A stretch of DNA of 64,000 nt from positions 32,001 through 96,000 of the IMG/VR virus record IMGVR_UViG_3300031772_000001; one strand, written 5' to 3'. The stretch comes from a virus. The position numbers were made by a program, and so were the translations under genes. Shown one piece after another: positions 61,011-64,000 of the stretch (position 1 is its first letter; each line of letters begins with the position of its first letter). The notes under the pieces were generated by a model, which made no database searches, was not told where the DNA came from, and saw only the letters and a list, made by a program, of their open reading frames with translations.

Positions 61011-61292
61011 CTACTCAATCGGCTTCATCAGAGAGGCACAATCCACATCAACATCAACCATCGTCTTTGCATTGGACTCTTTGATTGCATTCTCAATCGT
61101 AAAGAGAGCGTTCTGAAGATCCGTTGTCAGCCTGTCTACCTTCTTAACATCATAGGTAGGCTCAATAATTTTCTTGTCATCCCCGTAATAAGATGTACGG
61201 GAAGTCAAAGAACCCTTCATGTTGACCAACTCAGACAACCGGCCACGAAGCTGCTTCTCCCGCACAAGCCACGAATTAACAGACGCTACCAT
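61011..61292 (-). CDS. DIP1984-like short coiled-coil protein
   Basis: L...K.L..RL.EL, YD.K.VD, I..AI..SNA.T.V pattern. Confidence 0.55.
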   Translation of the reverse strand: MVASVNSWLVREKQLRGRLSELVNMKGSLTSRTSYYGDDKKIIEPTYDVKKVDRLTTDLQNALFTIENAIKESNAKTMVDVDVDCASLMKPIE

Positions 61293-61325
61293 AGCCCCTC
61301 CTCAGTGTAGGTGATAATCCTTGTA

Positions 61326-61853
61326 TTAGAACTGGTCAAGATCAAACCGCTCAAAAGACTTCATCCCCTTGATCTTCTTAACAAGAGCAATACTGACCTT
61401 ATTATACCAATCAATATCCTTCTGCCTTTTGGCAAAAAGTTTTCTCCTCTTATCATAATACAACCTCTTCCTCTGCATTGCATCCACATCAAGGGCATCA
61501 ATCACTTTCCTACCAGAAATAAGTCTCTCCCGTACAGCTTGCCGCCACTTAATCAGATCATCAGAAGAGTTTTCCTCTACAGCCTTCTGCTTTTTCAAAA
61601 ACTCCGTTGCTTCCTGAATATCTGACAAACACCCAAAAGAGACGTACTTGTACCTTTTCAGAAAATCCTTGGTCTGCTCTGGTGTCTCCAACCCAAGACG
61701 TTTCCCCTGAGCAAACAACTCACAAAAAACAACTGCCTTATCCTTCTTTGTAGCAACAAAATCATCAGCTATACGCTTTGCACTGTTGTCAATCTTCTTA
61801 TCCAGGATCTTATCTGGAATATTAACCAACTTCTTCATACAAAACCCTTTCAA
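61326..61853 (-). CDS. Hypothetical basic protein
   Basis: 175-aa ORF. Confidence 0.6.
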   Translation of the reverse strand: MKGFCMKKLVNIPDKILDKKIDNSAKRIADDFVATKKDKAVVFCELFAQGKRLGLETPEQTKDFLKRYKYVSFGCLSDIQEATEFLKKQKAVEENSSDDLIKWRQAVRERLISGRKVIDALDVDAMQRKRLYYDKRRKLFAKRQKDIDWYNKVSIALVKKIKGMKSFERFDLDQF

Positions 61854-61905
61854 GAAAATAGAAGGTGTTACTTGAATAACACCCTCATGTTATCTGTTAA
61901 TCACA

Positions 61906-63123
61906 CTACTTCTTACCGGGAACACTCAAATCCAAAGACAGATCACGCGCCGCCTTCGCAGTCATAATCTCCATGAAGTTCGTAGCACCATTTCCACCAC
62001 CAACCGACCCACCCATCACCGTAGTCGGAACAATCTGACCTGAATATTTTGAAAAAGCCTCTGACCACATCTGCTGAACAGCCTTGTATGCTTCGAGCTT
62101 CTTCTCCAAAGCACCATCCGCTGACATAATCAACTTACGCTTTTCAGCTTCACCCTCTCCCTCCAAAATGAGCTTCTTCTTTGTAAACTCCGCTGCATCC
62201 CGCATCAAAGAAGCAACAGCCTTTTCCTTCTCAGCATCAGTTACCGCTGCTTGTTTCTCCTGCTCCTTCTGATACTTCACCTTCATCACAGCAGCAAGAC
62301 CTTCAGCTTCCGCAGTCAACTTATCCTGATTCGCACGGATAGCGTTCTGCTTCGCTACCTCCGTCTGCAATGTCTGATCCCTCTGCTTCTTAATCATATC
62401 ATCCACTGCATTATCAAACTTCGGTACGTCAATCTGACACTGCGTTACTCGACACCCCAACTGCTCCAAAACTGTAGGATTTCTTAGTGGTTTATTCGTA
62501 CTGTCAAGCACAATCTCAGTCATTCGTACACGCTCGGAATCACCTACAGCCCTATGAATCCACTTATCAACAGAACGTGTCTGATAAGTACCATACATCA
62601 ACTGATCCTCAATCTCACTCTGCAAAACAGCAAGAGTAGTATAAGCCTCTCGTGCTGAATGAAGATTCGCTGAAAGTTTAATTGCATTCGCACCTACAGG
62701 CACAATGCCGTTACTCACAAGATGCTCAAACCCTCCGGCAAACTGACTTTTAATTGCCTTCATCTGTTCAGAATTTGACGGAAGAGAAACACGAAGTTGA
62801 GCACGGATCAAAGCACGAGTACCATCATTGAAAATAACAGGAACTTCATCAGCCTCAAAACTCTTGTGTCCCGGTGCCTGTCCAAAAACTACTGTCACTA
62901 CCTGACGGTACACATCCACATGACCAAGAAATTTCCCATACGGCCCTGCCGTTGTCTTTACATGAAGCGCACCACCAAGATCCTGCACAATCACAAACTC
63001 ACCGGCCTTATTGAACCCCACAATGTTAAGAGCAACAACCAAAGCAATCAACAAAGCACCACCAAGACCAATAAGAGACAAAATGGACTTGAGAGGCACA
63101 ACAGACGGATCATTCTTTGGCAT
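61906..63123 (-). CDS. SPFH/band-7 (flotillin-like) membrane protein
   Basis: N-terminal TM, V.FNDG, EA-rich coiled coil, ADGALE.KL, VP..VMG. Confidence 0.85.
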   Translation of the reverse strand: MPKNDPSVVPLKSILSLIGLGGALLIALVVALNIVGFNKAGEFVIVQDLGGALHVKTTAGPYGKFLGHVDVYRQVVTVVFGQAPGHKSFEADEVPVIFNDGTRALIRAQLRVSLPSNSEQMKAIKSQFAGGFEHLVSNGIVPVGANAIKLSANLHSAREAYTTLAVLQSEIEDQLMYGTYQTRSVDKWIHRAVGDSERVRMTEIVLDSTNKPLRNPTVLEQLGCRVTQCQIDVPKFDNAVDDMIKKQRDQTLQTEVAKQNAIRANQDKLTAEAEGLAAVMKVKYQKEQEKQAAVTDAEKEKAVASLMRDAAEFTKKKLILEGEGEAEKRKLIMSADGALEKKLEAYKAVQQMWSEAFSKYSGQIVPTTVMGGSVGGGNGATNFMEIMTAKAARDLSLDLSVPGKK

Positions 63124-63154
63124 ACCAGAATCTCCTTAAAAAAATTGTGAAATA

Positions 63155-63373
63155 TCACTGTCTCAGAAAAGAATCAACCTTCTTAGAAGCCTTGTCTGCT
63201 TTCTTCATATCGACCTTAGAAACCGTATCTGCCAAAGAAACATCCTCCTCTATTGCAGCTTTCTTAAAAAGAACTGCAATAAAAGGAACCCTTGACAAAA
63301 CCAACTTCCAAGACACAAAAAGAAAAGCAACCAAAATCAAAACAACAAGAAGAAACTCCATCAACATACGCAT
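63155..63373 (-). CDS. Small membrane protein
   Basis: Single hydrophobic segment; upstream of the SPFH gene. Confidence 0.6.
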   Translation of the reverse strand: MRMLMEFLLVVLILVAFLFVSWKLVLSRVPFIAVLFKKAAIEEDVSLADTVSKVDMKKADKASKKVDSFLRQ

Positions 63374-63412
63374 ACAGTCCTCCTATTTTGGATAATTCAT
63401 ACATCCTCCTTA

Positions 63413-63640
63413 TCAAACATCAACATCCTTGAGAACAGCAGATACCAGCTTCCTAATACCATCTGATTTGTTATGATACACCTGCCCCCGCTTTATCTTA
63501 GACTTTACTTTCTTTTCTAAAGAAGGTTGATAATACTCATAATCATAAACACCTTCACCTTCCTCAGTTGCCCAACCCGTATTCTGTCCGGTAGCACATG
63601 CCACAAGACTACCATTAACACGAATCTCAACTGTAAACAT
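63413..63640 (-). CDS. Hypothetical protein
   Basis: 75-aa ORF. Confidence 0.55.
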   Translation of the reverse strand: MFTVEIRVNGSLVACATGQNTGWATEEGEGVYDYEYYQPSLEKKVKSKIKRGQVYHNKSDGIRKLVSAVLKDVDV

Positions 63641-63652
63641 CAGACCGTTCCT

Positions 63653-64000
63653 TCATACGCCTTCTGGTTTTTTACACACTACCCTATCCCGAAAGAAAGG
63701 CTCATCACAATCCTCAAGACGAGCAAGGTTTGGTACTTCAATTTTGAACTTCTTACACATAGGAATACGGATATTTTCATACTGATCACTAACCACAAGA
63801 TCAAGAAACTCACACCCCCGGCACGTCCCATCCTCTACCTTGAAAAAAGAAAACTTCCGAGCCACATTCTTAGCGAAGTACGAACCCACGGAAGGAGCAC
63901 CCAGACACTCGATAAACACGTTCTCCGGCACGTCATGGTACTCGTACAAAGAACCATTCGTAAACGCGGCATGGAGTACCTGCTTACTTGCAATGTATCC
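63653..64000 (-). CDS. KTSC-domain protein (5' end outside window)
   Basis: Frame open to the window end: GY.....L...F.NG..Y.Y.DVP......APSVGSYF..N. Confidence 0.8.
   Translation of the reverse strand, partial: GYIASKQVLHAAFTNGSLYEYHDVPENVFIECLGAPSVGSYFAKNVARKFSFFKVEDGTCRGCEFLDLVVSDQYENIRIPMCKKFKIEVPNLARLEDCDEPFFRDRVVCKKPEGV

Noticed and set aside
739-63395. Plus-strand ORFs in the track
   Set aside because: They shadow minus-strand genes, lack recognisable motifs and reflect the C/A-rich composition
1-64000. Integron integrase, other cas genes, reverse transcriptase or transposase
   Set aside because: No ORF shows tyrosine-recombinase R-H-R-Y, Cas1/3/5/6, YxDD or DDE transposase motifs that I could recognise; the HD protein at 14645 looks YhaM-like and lies about 10 kb from the RAMP gene

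Overview
64 kb segment of a large dsDNA bacteriophage (jumbo/huge-phage style). Essentially all genes are on the minus strand, densely packed, and read well in the standard code. From the right end it holds: early-type small-gene clusters behind four near-identical sigma70-like promoters; a bacterial-type replication/repair module (ATP-dependent ligase, RNase HI, UDG, HU, SSB-like protein, RuvC-like protein, RecA, split SbcC/SbcD, beta-clamp-like protein, primase, DnaX, dTMP kinase, dCMP deaminase, DNA methyltransferase); a long non-coding stretch with repeated ACTTAAC boxes; tRNAs; surface-modifying enzymes; and the start of a probable intein-containing terminase. Two systems stand out. (1) A stand-alone Cas7/RAMP-like gene (25879-26583) is followed immediately by a 639-bp non-coding array of NNNGT pentamers punctuated by hexamers, with no CRISPR repeats or other cas genes: a candidate RNA-guided system with a gapped guide code. 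(2) Eight integron-like gene cassettes of about 260-340 bp (8719-10987) each carry an attC-like hairpin that the cassette ORF reads into, with no integrase in the window. Also notable are candidate structured ncRNAs after a DIP1984-like gene (60818-60993) and at 4871-4971. All protein calls rest on motifs recognised by eye; no searches were run.
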